Assembly (NCBI GenBank): GCA_049976425.1
Contig: JBMFIG010000001.1
Location: forward strand, 1 to 64,000
DNA length: 64,000 nt
Reading direction: 5' to 3'
From: Thermoproteus sp.
Lineage (GTDB): Archaea > Thermoproteota > Thermoprotei > Thermoproteales > Thermoproteaceae
The translations under genes were made by a program, and so were the position numbers. Below, piece after piece: positions 46,948 through 57,027 of the stretch (the first letter of the stretch is position 1; each line of letters begins with the position of its first letter). The notes under the pieces are model-generated. The model was not told the origin of the DNA and searched no databases. It was given only the letters and a program-made list of their open reading frames with translations.

Positions 46948-48075
46948 CACGGCCAGGAAGAAGCCAGGCACGTCGAAGACGTTGGGCATAAAGCGTCTGC
47001 AATCGCCGCATCCCCAGCCTTCCACGGCCCTCGGCACGTATATCGACACAGTCTTCAGCCCGAGCTCCTCGACGGCCCACAGCACGTTTCCCTCGTTTTC
47101 TGTGAACGTGAGCGTGCAGGTCGAGTATATTACGTATCTGGCCAACCTGGCCGCCGCGGCTATGAACTGCCTCTGGTAGCGCGCCAAGGTCTCTACATCT
47201 CTCATAGAGATCGCGTGGCTGAGCTTAGGCCTAACGCCTAGATCACTACAGGGAGGATCTACGAGCGCCACATCGCCCCTCAAGAACGGAAAATCCCTAT
47301 CGACATACCGGCTGTCGTGCACCAACACGTCGACGAGATGCTCTAGGCCCAGCCTCCTGGCGTTTTCGATTATCCGCTCCACCTTAGGCCTCGACCGGTC
47401 GAACGCTATCACGTGGATGGACAACTGCGCCATGTGGGTAGTCTTCCCGCCCGGCGACGCGTTTAGGTCTATCGCCCTTCTGGCGCCCAAGGCGGCGGCC
47501 AGTCTGCCCACCCACATGGCCGGCATGCTCTGGTCGTAGAAGTAGCCCCTCGCGAACTCCTCGAGCTCCCTGAGCTTCGGAGCCTCGTAGACGCTCCGGA
47601 GGGTCCTCACTGCGAGCCCCCGCCTATATTTCACCATGTCGAACCCGTCCATCTCGGCGACGCCGTAGGCCACGATCTGTCCATCCGGGCTAACCACGTT
47701 CACCTCGTCGCCTCTACGTACACCGGGCGCCTTGAGGACGCCCGGCGCGTAGAGATCGCTGCCCATATAAACGCTCTCGGCGGCCCGTTTCTCGGCGACG
47801 ATCTCCTTCCTGGCCGATGGCACGTCGAAGGGCCCCCTTATTGGGATCCACAGAGCCTCCTCTAGGTACTCGTCGCGGTATACGGAGAACCTCTTGGACA
47901 GCCGTTCGACGAGCTCCTCCGGCGTTATCTTGGCAGTGTTCGCCCTGATGTAGTATCTATGCGGAGGCCTCTTGATCGCTAGGAGAATTCTCTCTATCTC
48001 TTTATCGCTTATATATTGAAGAAATTCGTTATATAAATCTTTATCTATTCTTATTCCATTAAAATCTATCCACAT
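46936..48075 (-). CDS. PUA-domain RNA m5C methyltransferase (RsmB/NSun6-like)
   Basis: PUA insert (GSDLYAPGV), ASPGGKT, DPPCS, YSTCT. Confidence 0.88.
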   Translation of the reverse strand: MWIDFNGIRIDKDLYNEFLQYISDKEIERILLAIKRPPHRYYIRANTAKITPEELVERLSKRFSVYRDEYLEEALWIPIRGPFDVPSARKEIVAEKRAAESVYMGSDLYAPGVLKAPGVRRGDEVNVVSPDGQIVAYGVAEMDGFDMVKYRRGLAVRTLRSVYEAPKLRELEEFARGYFYDQSMPAMWVGRLAAALGARRAIDLNASPGGKTTHMAQLSIHVIAFDRSRPKVERIIENARRLGLEHLVDVLVHDSRYVDRDFPFLRGDVALVDPPCSDLGVRPKLSHAISMRDVETLARYQRQFIAAAARLARYVIYSTCTLTFTENEGNVLWAVEELGLKTVSIYVPRAVEGWGCGDCRRFMPNVFDVPGFFLAVLGQ

Positions 48076-48410
48076 TAAGAGTTTTTAATTAGCTGGGCGA
48101 GAAGCTCCTTAGCCTTGACCGTGGGATTGGATCTGACGAGGCGCCACAGCTCAGAGCTTTCGTCCAATACATACCTATAGCTTCTGTTCTTGCCGAGCCC
48201 CTCGGTGTTAGCCCTTACTAGATTCTGCCTCGATAGCCTTTTCAGAAGCCGGGCGGCCCGGAGTATAGTTCTGTGATCGGAGCCGTATCCCGTCATTTTA
48301 GCTAAAGAAGCCGCCCTTATGCTTATGACTTTTCCCTTTGAATTTTTTATCAACGACACTAGAGCATCTACAAGTCTACGTTCCAAATGATCCAAGTCCA
48401 TATGCCTCAC
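48075..48410 (-). CDS. Basic winged-helix-like protein
   Basis: SIRAASLAKMTG...RLLKRLSRQNLV...YRY; coupled to the methyltransferase gene. Confidence 0.65.
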   Translation of the reverse strand: MRHMDLDHLERRLVDALVSLIKNSKGKVISIRAASLAKMTGYGSDHRTILRAARLLKRLSRQNLVRANTEGLGKNRSYRYVLDESSELWRLVRSNPTVKAKELLAQLIKNS

Positions 48411-48413
48411 CTC

Positions 48414-48473
48414 AAGCTTATTTTTAAGCTTTTCTTAATATACATCTAACATCCATTAAGGCCATGGCCTTAA
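48414..48473. promoter_or_regulatory. Two palindromes upstream of the wHTH gene
   Basis: AAGCTTA-TTTT-TAAGCTT (48414-48431) and perfect 18-bp TTAAGGCCATGGCCTTAA (48456-48473). Confidence 0.55.
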
Positions 48474-48515
48474 AAGCTTATACCGACCAGAAGCGTGCAA
48501 GATATTCGCTCCTGC

Positions 48516-49631
48516 CTAAGACGATCTCTGGGCCACGAACCTCTTGATGTTCCTATCAAGCGGTTGCGTCAATAGGCCCACCTCGGTTATTATAGCGGTT
48601 ATATATTTAGGCGGAGTCTCGTCGAAGACGGGGTTGTAGACGTCGACGTCGGTCATCGTCACGTACACGTTGCCGTGGGCTGTCCTGACCGTTCTGACTT
48701 CGTCGGGGTCGCGCTCCTCTATGCGGACCTCCTCGGGCTTATGTTCGAGGTCGAAGGTGCTGGTGGGCGCGGCCACGTAGAAGGGCACGCCGAATTCGTG
48801 GGCCAGTACCGCCTCGTTCAAAGTGCCGATCTTGTTATAGACGGTGCCGTCGGCGAGGATTCTGTCGGCTCCCACTATCGCCAGATTCACGAGCCTCCTC
48901 CTCAAGACGAGCCCTACGGCCGTGTCGGCTATCAGCTTGACCCTGACGCCGTTCTCTCTGAGCTCGTAGGCGGTAAGCCTGGCTCCTTGTTGCCACGGCC
49001 GGGTCTCGGGCGCTATGACCGAGACGTCTATGCCCAGATATTTAGCTACATAGATGGGCGCCGTTGCGGTGCCTAGAGCTCCGGTCGCCAAACTGCCGGC
49101 GTTGCATTGGGTCAAGACCCAGTCCCCCGGCTGTATAAGCTGGACGCCGTATACCCCCATCCTCACCTCTGCGTCGAGCTCCTCGTCGAATATCCTGTTG
49201 GCCTCCGCGACTAACTCCTCCCTCAACTCCTTCGTGTTTTTGACAGACCCAGCCTCCACTAACGCCTTGGCTTTGCCGTACATCCTATTCAAGGCCCAGA
49301 ACAGGTTCTGGGCAGTCGGCCTGGTCCTAGACAGCTTGTCTCTGGCCAGCTCTAGCGCCTTCAAGGCGTTGTTGAGGTCGCCGACGTCGCGCTCGAAGAG
49401 GGCGAGGGCCATGCCGTACGCGGCGGTTATGCCTATGGCCGGCGCTCCGCGGACGGCCATGTTCCTTATAGCGTCGGCGACTGCGTCGACGGTCTTCAGC
49501 TCTAAATACCTAGTCTCGAAGGGGAGTAGCCTTTGGTCGAGCAGGACCAGCCTATCGCCCTTCCACTCTATAACTTTCAGCTTCGGCCTATAGTTGGCCT
49601 TTATCTCCTTAACCAGATCCTCTACGTTCAT
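48516..49631 (-). CDS. mtnA: Methylthioribose-1-phosphate isomerase (eIF2B-like)
   Basis: [35 protein letters not shown]. Confidence 0.9.
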   Translation of the reverse strand: MNVEDLVKEIKANYRPKLKVIEWKGDRLVLLDQRLLPFETRYLELKTVDAVADAIRNMAVRGAPAIGITAAYGMALALFERDVGDLNNALKALELARDKLSRTRPTAQNLFWALNRMYGKAKALVEAGSVKNTKELREELVAEANRIFDEELDAEVRMGVYGVQLIQPGDWVLTQCNAGSLATGALGTATAPIYVAKYLGIDVSVIAPETRPWQQGARLTAYELRENGVRVKLIADTAVGLVLRRRLVNLAIVGADRILADGTVYNKIGTLNEAVLAHEFGVPFYVAAPTSTFDLEHKPEEVRIEERDPDEVRTVRTAHGNVYVTMTDVDVYNPVFDETPPKYITAIITEVGLLTQPLDRNIKRFVAQRSS

Positions 49632-49650
49632 GGAGAGGCGCGCCCAGACA

Positions 49651-50232
49651 CTATTTATACATGTTCCTGAGGGACAGCTTCACTAAGGCCAAATTCCTCA
49701 GGGCGTCGTACGATACGGGTAGCTTTTTCCCCAATTCTCTCAAGATCTCGTCGCATTTATCGATCTTGGAGCAGAAACAAGAATAGTCGGGGCATTGGGC
49801 TAGGGCCTCGGCGACATCGTCGCCCATCTCAGCTAAGGCGGTCAATATATGCGCCGCCGCGCGTATGAACGCCAACGTCAACGCCCCCACCAGCTCGTCT
49901 ATTGAGAGGAACACGTAGTCGGGCAGAGTAACCACCTCGACGCCGAGCTCCTCGGCCAGCTTCTTAGCCGACTCGTCAGAATAGCCTCTGCAGACAACCA
50001 TGGGCCTTGCGTCGAGGAGCTTTGCGTTTATGTAAGCCTGCCTTATCCCGGATACGTCTACCTTGCCCGCCTTTATCTCGATCGCGTACAGCCTCTTATC
50101 CATATCCTCGGCGAGCACGTCCACCTCGCCGAGCTCCACATCGCCTTTCATGATCTTGTACCTATGGGCTAGAGGGGTGAGGCCCAACGTCGGTAGTAGA
50201 TCCATAACGAAGGTCTCGAACTTGACCCCCAT
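49651..50232 (-). CDS. RecB-like/PD-(D/E)XK nuclease
   Basis: GEVDVLA...IEIKAG...IRQAY. Confidence 0.75.
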   Translation of the reverse strand: MGVKFETFVMDLLPTLGLTPLAHRYKIMKGDVELGEVDVLAEDMDKRLYAIEIKAGKVDVSGIRQAYINAKLLDARPMVVCRGYSDESAKKLAEELGVEVVTLPDYVFLSIDELVGALTLAFIRAAAHILTALAEMGDDVAEALAQCPDYSCFCSKIDKCDEILRELGKKLPVSYDALRNLALVKLSLRNMYK

Positions 50233-50272
50233 GCAACACGAAACATTTTAAATTACTATTTCACCGCCTTCG

Positions 50273-51325
50273 ATGAAGATTTTAGTGCTGGGTTGCGGCA
50301 ACATAGGCAGATTCGTCTCCCGCCACCTACATGATAGGGGCCATGAGGTGGTCACGGTGGACGTGAAGGGCGGCGACTGTCCCGGGATCGTAAAGAGCGA
50401 CGTGGAGTCGCTGGAGGTTAAGTCTGTTGATCTGGCCATAGGCGCTCTGCCGGGCCCTGTCGCGTACAAAGTAGCCAAGTACGTCCTAGAGCGCGGCGTG
50501 GATCTCATAGACGTGTCCTACATGCCGGAGGATCCGCTGTCTTTGCACGAGGTGGCTAAGGGATCGGGCGCCCGTTATATCCCGGACGCCGGCGTGGCTC
50601 CCGGCCTCTCCAATATGTTGGTCGGCCGCCTGATGTCGGAGATCCCCCGGCTGGAGCAGATCAGGATATACGTGGGAGGCGTTCCGAAGACTCCGGTGGG
50701 TCCTCTGGGCTACTCGATAACCTGGAGCCCCTACGACCTAATAGAGGAGTACACGAGGCCTGCGCGGATAATACGCGGGGGGAGGATCGAGTCGGTGGAT
50801 CCGTTGTCGGACGTAGAGCTGGTGGATACGCCGCTAGGCGAGATGGAGGCGTTCTACACAGACGGCTTGAGGACCTTACTGAGAACTGCCAAGATCCCCA
50901 ACATGTTCGAGAAGACCCTGAGATGGCCGGGCCACGTGGAGCGGATAAGGCTGTTGAGAGATCTCGGGCTGATGTCTGACGACGTAGTTGAGGGCGTGAG
51001 GCCTAAGCAAGTGCTGGCCGCGCTTTTGGGCCGTCTGAAGTTCCAAGTGCCCGACGTGGTCTACATGAAGGTGGCCGGCGAGAGCCCAGATGAGAGGATA
51101 ACCTACGAGGTGGTTGTCGAGCCTTCCGGCGAGTGGTCCGCCATGCAGAGGGCAACCGGCCTCACCGCCGCCTCGTTGATCGCGGTCGTCAAGGATCTGG
51201 ATCCCGGCGTTACGCCGCCGGAGATGATAGGCATGAGCAATAAACTTATGCCGAGAGTCCTCGCCTACTTGAAACAGAACGGCATAAACATAAACGTAGA
51301 GAAGGTGACGAGATCCGTCCTGTAA
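50273..51325 (+). CDS. Saccharopine/lysine dehydrogenase family protein
   Basis: LGCGNIG, GVAPGLSN, KTLRWPGH. Confidence 0.85.
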   Translation: MKILVLGCGNIGRFVSRHLHDRGHEVVTVDVKGGDCPGIVKSDVESLEVKSVDLAIGALPGPVAYKVAKYVLERGVDLIDVSYMPEDPLSLHEVAKGSGARYIPDAGVAPGLSNMLVGRLMSEIPRLEQIRIYVGGVPKTPVGPLGYSITWSPYDLIEEYTRPARIIRGGRIESVDPLSDVELVDTPLGEMEAFYTDGLRTLLRTAKIPNMFEKTLRWPGHVERIRLLRDLGLMSDDVVEGVRPKQVLAALLGRLKFQVPDVVYMKVAGESPDERITYEVVVEPSGEWSAMQRATGLTAASLIAVVKDLDPGVTPPEMIGMSNKLMPRVLAYLKQNGININVEKVTRSVL

Positions 51326-52611
51326 TGCCCGGCCTAGAGGACCAGTTAAGGAGGCCTGTGCGCGGGATGCGCGATATAACCCCCGAGCAGTTCTACGCGT
51401 TGAGGAGGGTAGAAGACAGCCTATCAAGAATCGCCGAGGCCTTCGGCTACAGACGCGTCGAGACGCCCGCCGTGGAGCACTTCGAGGTCCTGGCCAGGAA
51501 AGCCGGCCGCGAGATAGTGGACGAGATATACTACTTTAGGGATAAGGCCGGCCGGGAGCTCGGCCTGCGCTTCGACATGACGGTGCCGGTAGCCCGCGTC
51601 TTGTCGTACAAGCTCGATGAGCCTAAGCCCGTCAGGTGGTACTACTTCACTAAGGTGTGGCGCTACGACGAGCCGCAACACGGGCGCTATAGGGAGTTTT
51701 ATCAGTTCGGAGTTGAGTTAGTGGGCTCGGACAGCCCCAGGGCTGATGCTGAGGTGTTGGCGCTGATGGCCAAGTCCATAGAGGCGGTTGGCGTGAGGGA
51801 CTACGTGATAAGGCTCAGCGACCGCGCGGCGATGGACAAGGTGCTTGCATCGCTAGGTGTCGAGGGATCCCGCGAGGAGGTGCTCAGGATACTGGATAAA
51901 AGAGGCAAGGTGCCGGACGACGAGATCTTGGAAATGCTGAGGAGGGCCGGGCTGGGCGGAGGCGCGGCCGAGGCCCTCATGGCTCTAATCTCGGAGCAGA
52001 GGCCGGGCTCGGAAGCTCCCGACCTCTTCTCGAAGTACGACAAGAGCCTCGGCGAGAGGTACAGCCGCGTCGTGAAAGCCCTAGACGCCTATGGGGTGCT
52101 GGACAAGCTCGTCGTGGATCTCTCCATAGTCCGGGGGCTGGACTACTACACGGGCATGGTCTTCGAGGCCTACGCCGGCGAATACAGACTTGCGGTGGGC
52201 GGAGGCGGCCGCTACGACAACTTAATAGAGCTATACAGCGGTATTAGGACCCCGGCGCTGGGCTTTGCCATAGGCGTGGAGCGGCTGATGGAGGCGGCCG
52301 GCATAGCTCAAGCCGAATATCCGCTCGACTACTACATATACCCCATGACCGAGGACGCGTTCAAGGTAGCCGCTGAGGTGGCGGAGGCCCTAAGGAACAA
52401 GGGGGCCTCCGTCGCTATAGACCTAGGAGAGCTTACGTTGAGGGAGGCGCTGGAGCACGCGGCGAAGACCGGCGTGAGGCACTTCGTGATAATAGGTAAG
52501 AAGGAGCTGGAGAAAGGCGTCGTCAAGATACGCGACATGCGTAGACGCGTCGAGCTCGAGGTTGAGCTCGGCAGAATTAGGGAAGGATTACAGTCCCCTT
52601 CTGCCTCCTGA
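51325..52611 (+). CDS. hisS: Histidyl-tRNA synthetase
   Basis: RGMRD, LRFDMT, GRYREFYQ, RGLDYYTG, GGGRYD. Confidence 0.97.
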   Translation: MPGLEDQLRRPVRGMRDITPEQFYALRRVEDSLSRIAEAFGYRRVETPAVEHFEVLARKAGREIVDEIYYFRDKAGRELGLRFDMTVPVARVLSYKLDEPKPVRWYYFTKVWRYDEPQHGRYREFYQFGVELVGSDSPRADAEVLALMAKSIEAVGVRDYVIRLSDRAAMDKVLASLGVEGSREEVLRILDKRGKVPDDEILEMLRRAGLGGGAAEALMALISEQRPGSEAPDLFSKYDKSLGERYSRVVKALDAYGVLDKLVVDLSIVRGLDYYTGMVFEAYAGEYRLAVGGGGRYDNLIELYSGIRTPALGFAIGVERLMEAAGIAQAEYPLDYYIYPMTEDAFKVAAEVAEALRNKGASVAIDLGELTLREALEHAAKTGVRHFVIIGKKELEKGVVKIRDMRRRVELEVELGRIREGLQSPSAS

Positions 52612-53482
52612 ACACTTGATAGCCGTCCTCAAGCGCGCCTATCGCCGCCCACTTACCCCCACTCCTCAAAAACCTCAACGCGGCGAGTACCTTAGGCCCC
52701 ATAGACCCCTCCGGGAATTGGCCCTCGCGATATAGCCTCTCCAGCTCAGCCGCGCTCACCTTGTCGAGCTTTCGCCGACGGGGCGTATTGAAGTCGACGT
52801 ATACGCCGTCTATGTCGGTAAGTATGACGAAGGCCTCGGCGCCCAGGGCGTTTGCCAGAACTTGGCTTGCGAGATCTTTGTCGACCACCGCCTCGACTCC
52901 GCCGCGCTTAGAGACAGGCACGCCCCCTCCCCCCGACGCGATCACGATATGGCCTCTATCCAGAAGCGCCCTTATGGCCTCAGCCTCCACGACGGCTACG
53001 GGCTCCGGCGAGGGCACGACGCGCCTCCAGCCCCGCCTCACGTCCTCTCTTATGGACCACCCGTATTTTGTTGCAAGCCTCTCCGCGACCTCTCTGGGAT
53101 ATGCAGGGCCTATGAACTTCGTGGGGTTCTTGAAGGCTTGGTCCTCCTCGTCCACTAAGGTCCTCGTGACAACGGCGACGGCCTTGCCGGGGCCCAAGAT
53201 CTCGTCTATGGACTCAGCCAACAAATACCCCAGAAGGCCCTGGGTGGCGGCGACCAACGCGTCGAGCTTGAAATATCGTCGTTCTGCCAGGAGTTGAAGC
53301 TCGTCGAAAAAGCCGACCTGGGGGCCGTTGCCGTGGGTGACGACGACGCGCACGCCGTCCTCCTCCGCTATCTTGGCGACGACCTGTGCGGCTATCCTGA
53401 TATTTCTTATGTGCTCTTCCTGATCCATGGGCATCCCCGGTCTCACAAACGCGTTTCCCCCAAGGGCCACCACCACGAGCAT
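52577..53482 (-). CDS. arcC: Carbamate kinase
   Basis: ALGGNA, HGNGPQVG, PTKFIGP, RRVVPSP, GSMGPK. Confidence 0.93.
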   Translation of the reverse strand: MLVVVALGGNAFVRPGMPMDQEEHIRNIRIAAQVVAKIAEEDGVRVVVTHGNGPQVGFFDELQLLAERRYFKLDALVAATQGLLGYLLAESIDEILGPGKAVAVVTRTLVDEEDQAFKNPTKFIGPAYPREVAERLATKYGWSIREDVRRGWRRVVPSPEPVAVVEAEAIRALLDRGHIVIASGGGGVPVSKRGGVEAVVDKDLASQVLANALGAEAFVILTDIDGVYVDFNTPRRRKLDKVSAAELERLYREGQFPEGSMGPKVLAALRFLRSGGKWAAIGALEDGYQVFRRQKGTVILP

Positions 53483-53542
53483 TCTAGAAATGTGAATAGA
53501 AGCTAATAAGGTTCACTATATATAGAGGCAGTATAGATGTAT

Positions 53543-53920
53543 TTAGAAGTAGCGTGTTTGTTGTTGCTGTTGGGGGCCGCCCCCCTGTTGGATATAGATC
53601 GGAGGCGGCATTCCCAGCTCCCTTAATATCAGCGAGGCCTCGAACATGGCCATCTGCATCAGAGGAATCGCGATGTGCGGAGGGAGGTTCCCGGGGTCGA
53701 CCTCTCCCTGTATTACGGCGACGCCGCGTATGGTCAGCGTGACCGCGCTGGGGTTGGTAGTGAGCGCGAGGGCGAACGGCAACTCCAAGACGTTGCCCCT
53801 CCTCACCGCCCTATCGGCCTCTATCTGGTAGTTCATCTGTAGCTGAAGGGGCGTGTTGGGCGGCGGCGAGGCGACCCTCTCGGCGTGTATGTAGTCGAAG
53901 CGGATACCGGCCAAGCTCAT
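53543..53920 (-). CDS. Hypothetical protein (possible SecB-like fold)
   Basis: Four-strand pattern plus helix ending ELGMPPPI; Gln-rich tail. Confidence 0.6.
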   Translation of the reverse strand: MSLAGIRFDYIHAERVASPPPNTPLQLQMNYQIEADRAVRRGNVLELPFALALTTNPSAVTLTIRGVAVIQGEVDPGNLPPHIAIPLMQMAMFEASLILRELGMPPPIYIQQGGGPQQQQQTRYF

Positions 53921-53948
53921 AAGCTATAATAAAGGCGCTATTTAAATC

Positions 53949-54800
53949 GTGGCGGCTATAGTTATCGACAGGAGCGCCGACATAGTGCTGGTTAAAGACA
54001 CCGAGGTGATCGTGTCGCCTCTGTGCGGGGGACAGCCGCCGCCTCTAAGACTCTCCTCGCCCTCCCTGGAGCTCTTCGCGAGGGCTCTCCGTGCCGCCTA
54101 CGGCGGCGATGTCGCGCAGTATTTAGTAGACCAGAGAGTCCTAGGCCTGGACGATATGGATCCGGTCTTGCTCCTCGGCCAACTGCCTCTTGAGAAATCC
54201 CACCTAGCGTTCCTACTGCCGTACAGGGGAGTTGCGGCCGGTTGCGTATCGGCCTACCCAACGCCCGCGTTGGCCGCTATAGCTACGCTGAGCAACGCGC
54301 CCGCCTCAGCCGCGGTGGATTTCCGCTGGGATCTGTCGGGGCTCGCCGAGGTGATGGACCTCGCCGCGCGTCTAGGCGTTGATCTACAAGTGATCGTCCC
54401 TAGGCCCGTCGAGGCGCCAGGCGAGGTGTACTTGACCGAGTCGGTGCCGGGCTACATAAGGCGCCGTCTAGTGGGCGCGTTCAAGGGCAACGTGGGCCCA
54501 GGCGGCGAGGAGTTTACGCCGATAATCAAGAAGCCTCAGGGCGGCGGTCAGTGGAAAGAGGTTGAATACTGGAGAGCCGCGGAGAGAGTGGCCGAAGTCC
54601 TCGGCATGCGGCAAGACAGCCTAGGAGAGATCGCTGAGCTGGGCTTCCTTGCGCACAGGACAATACTCGACCTAGGCATAGGGCCGGGCCAATTGGGATA
54701 CCTGATCAAGTGGGGTCTACTGGAGCCTATAGCGGGCGGGTTCAGAGCCGGCGATAAATTGCTGTATCTGCTCTCGCTATCGGAGTCGGTCCGTCGTTAG
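53949..54800 (+). CDS. Hypothetical protein
   Basis: 283-aa ORF with typical codon pattern. Confidence 0.7.
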   Translation: MAAIVIDRSADIVLVKDTEVIVSPLCGGQPPPLRLSSPSLELFARALRAAYGGDVAQYLVDQRVLGLDDMDPVLLLGQLPLEKSHLAFLLPYRGVAAGCVSAYPTPALAAIATLSNAPASAAVDFRWDLSGLAEVMDLAARLGVDLQVIVPRPVEAPGEVYLTESVPGYIRRRLVGAFKGNVGPGGEEFTPIIKKPQGGGQWKEVEYWRAAERVAEVLGMRQDSLGEIAELGFLAHRTILDLGIGPGQLGYLIKWGLLEPIAGGFRAGDKLLYLLSLSESVRR

Positions 54801-54879
54801 CAGCTCATCGGTCGCCCGTCCGGTTTCTCCCCATCGGCAATTGTGAAACCTTTATTTAAATGGCACAGTTCTCAAGACC

Positions 54880-55152
54880 ATGGAGGAGCCCCTCTCAACA
54901 ACTCTGCTGGCCATCTCCATGTTGATACTGGGGCTAGTGATAGGGCTGGCGGCGGCGCTTACCGCATCTAGGCCCTCGGCTCCCCAGACCCCGATAAAGG
55001 TGGCCGTGTACGGCCAAGGCGGCTCCGTGACAGTTACGATAACGCCGCCTTGCCAACTCGCGATAAACTCTACCGGAATTTACAACACCTGTACAGGGCT
55101 TATCCAAAGGCTGAACGGATCGCTCGACAACTTCACGATCGTCGTAGGCTGA
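54880..55152 (+). CDS. Small membrane-anchored/secreted protein
   Basis: N-terminal TM, two Cys, sequons; TATA TTTATTTAAA upstream. Confidence 0.65.
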   Translation: MEEPLSTTLLAISMLILGLVIGLAAALTASRPSAPQTPIKVAVYGQGGSVTVTITPPCQLAINSTGIYNTCTGLIQRLNGSLDNFTIVVG

Positions 55153-56152
55153 AGCTCCAGTCGTGTCGTTCGACGCAGGGATCGAAGTCGAACGCGTCGG
55201 GCAGATCCGGCAAATCCTCGGCTCTCCCCTTGACCACCAGCTCGGCCAATCTCCTGGCCACAGCCGGCCCCACCATGCTGCCGTACCCGTCGAGGCCTCC
55301 GATGACGTATAGATTGTCGAACCTCCCCACTTTGCCCGCCAGCGGGCCGCCTGTCGGCGACCCCTCGCAGACGCCCGACTTGGCGTAGAGAGGCAGAGCC
55401 CAGCCAGCCCTCCTGGCTATAAGCCTCGCTATCTTAGACGCGTAGCCTCTCGGCGGATCTGAATAGGCCTTGCCGCAACCGTCTCCGGCTATGTAGAGCG
55501 GCCACGGGCCCGGCCTCCCGTACCACGAAAGCACGTAGTCGCCGATGCTCAAGCCTCTTAACCACCCCGGCACTAGGAACGCCGCGGCGTAACACGAGTA
55601 TGGCCTAAACGGCAGATCGACGCCGATACGTAGGGCCAGCTCTCTGTTGTCGGCTCCGGCGGCCAGGATCACCGCATCGGCGTCCACGTGCCTCCCGTCC
55701 ACGACGAGGTAAACTCTCCTCCCTTTGGCGCCCAGCGCGGCCCTCTTGTCGGAGAACCCAAGCCTCCGCCTCAGCGAGGCGACGATCTTGCGTATAGGTA
55801 TCAGATAGTCGGTGGTCACCACGACCATCTCGTCCCTCGCCAGCCTGAGCCCCCTAAACCTGTCCAGGACTTGGTACTTGACGCCGGCCCTTCTCAAGCT
55901 GCTTAAGTCAGCGTATGTCGGCATGATGTCCACAGAGGTCACCGGCTCGATTGCGGCCATCTTCCTGTAAATCTCCAAGCTCTCCACGGCCATCTCCACG
56001 TCGCGCGGATCAGGCATCGACAATGTCAAGACCAACGACGTCAGCGGATACCTCAGCTCGCCGCCGAAGCCCACTACGTCGATTCCCGCCTCGCGTAGGA
56101 AATACGCCGTGAAGACCCCAGCTATGCCGCCTCCTACTACAGCCGCCTTCAC
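55133..56152 (-). CDS. FAD-dependent oxidoreductase (DAO/sarcosine oxidase beta-like)
   Basis: VVGGGIAG, ILAAGA, GLDGYGSMVGPAVA. Confidence 0.85.
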   Translation of the reverse strand: MKAAVVGGGIAGVFTAYFLREAGIDVVGFGGELRYPLTSLVLTLSMPDPRDVEMAVESLEIYRKMAAIEPVTSVDIMPTYADLSSLRRAGVKYQVLDRFRGLRLARDEMVVVTTDYLIPIRKIVASLRRRLGFSDKRAALGAKGRRVYLVVDGRHVDADAVILAAGADNRELALRIGVDLPFRPYSCYAAAFLVPGWLRGLSIGDYVLSWYGRPGPWPLYIAGDGCGKAYSDPPRGYASKIARLIARRAGWALPLYAKSGVCEGSPTGGPLAGKVGRFDNLYVIGGLDGYGSMVGPAVARRLAELVVKGRAEDLPDLPDAFDFDPCVERHDWSFSLRRS

Positions 56153-56181
56153 GACCGCCGTGAGCTAGGCCTATAAATTTT

Positions 56182-56628
56182 TTGACCTCCGTCTGGACAG
56201 TCGTGAGAGTTAAGAAGAGGTGGGGGTCGTTACGGGTTAGGCTTGTGCCTGACGCGTTGGAGCGGTACCGTTGCTTGGCGGTGGACGTCTTCTCGATAGC
56301 CGCCTCGCTTAAGGACGAGGAGGAGCTGTTCAGAGGGTTCGCCGAGGCCGGCCTGCCGGCTGTCCTCGTGCTGGACGCCTGGAGCGAGACCCAGCTCCCC
56401 TTAGCCAGGCGGTATCTGGAGCTCTGCGCCAAGTACGGGCTCGACTGCGTCCTCTCGGAACACAGACCTGCCGAGGAGGCGGCCGTGGAGCTGGCGTGTA
56501 GGGATAACTGCGCCGTGCTTACCAGAGATTACGACGCCCTGCGGAGGGCGTTAGAGCTCAACTGCGAGGTGCCCATATTGATCGTCAGAAGGGGGAGGGT
56601 TTACAGAGCCGTGGAGGTTAAGCCTTAA
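56182..56628 (+). CDS. PIN-domain-like protein
   Basis: Acidic PIN-like pattern: AVDVFS, VLD, AE, LTRDYD. Confidence 0.55.
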   Translation: MTSVWTVVRVKKRWGSLRVRLVPDALERYRCLAVDVFSIAASLKDEEELFRGFAEAGLPAVLVLDAWSETQLPLARRYLELCAKYGLDCVLSEHRPAEEAAVELACRDNCAVLTRDYDALRRALELNCEVPILIVRRGRVYRAVEVKP

Positions 56629-56649
56629 AGCGCCTCCGCATCAGTCGAC

Positions 56650-57027
56650 GTGGACGAGGCGGAGGCCGAGAGGATAGCGGAGGGGCTCGGGGAGCTCGAG
56701 AGGAAGATACTGGCCCACATCTACGCGTACGGGCCCGACACGCCTTGGCTGATGGCGCGTAGGCTCCTCGGCGCGGCCGGCTGGGCGCCCGTGGTTCCCG
56801 AGGACGAGGTCGAGGCGGCATGTAGAAGGCTTGAGGAGCTAGGCCTCCTGGAGAGGTACAGGGGTAGTCTTAAGGGGCGCGTGACGTCGTCGATAAAGCC
56901 GTGGCTCAAGGTTAAGCAGAGGAATCCAGAGCGTAAAGGCTCCGGCATATACTACAGCCTAACTAAGAAGGGCCGTTGGGTCGCCGGGTACATCTACAAG
57001 CGGTATTTCAGGACAAGATCAAGCTGA
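56650..57027 (+). CDS. wHTH protein (DUF2250-like)
   Basis: ILAHI...[20 protein letters not shown]. Confidence 0.7.
   Translation: MDEAEAERIAEGLGELERKILAHIYAYGPDTPWLMARRLLGAAGWAPVVPEDEVEAACRRLEELGLLERYRGSLKGRVTSSIKPWLKVKQRNPERKGSGIYYSLTKKGRWVAGYIYKRYFRTRSS

Noticed and set aside
49651-50232. PD-(D/E)XK nucleases (here and at 38099) as a defence system
   Set aside because: They are solitary, sit among housekeeping genes, and have no methyltransferase or other defence partners.
56182-57027. PIN + wHTH as a toxin-antitoxin pair
   Set aside because: The PIN assignment is weak, and gene order and sizes do not match VapBC.
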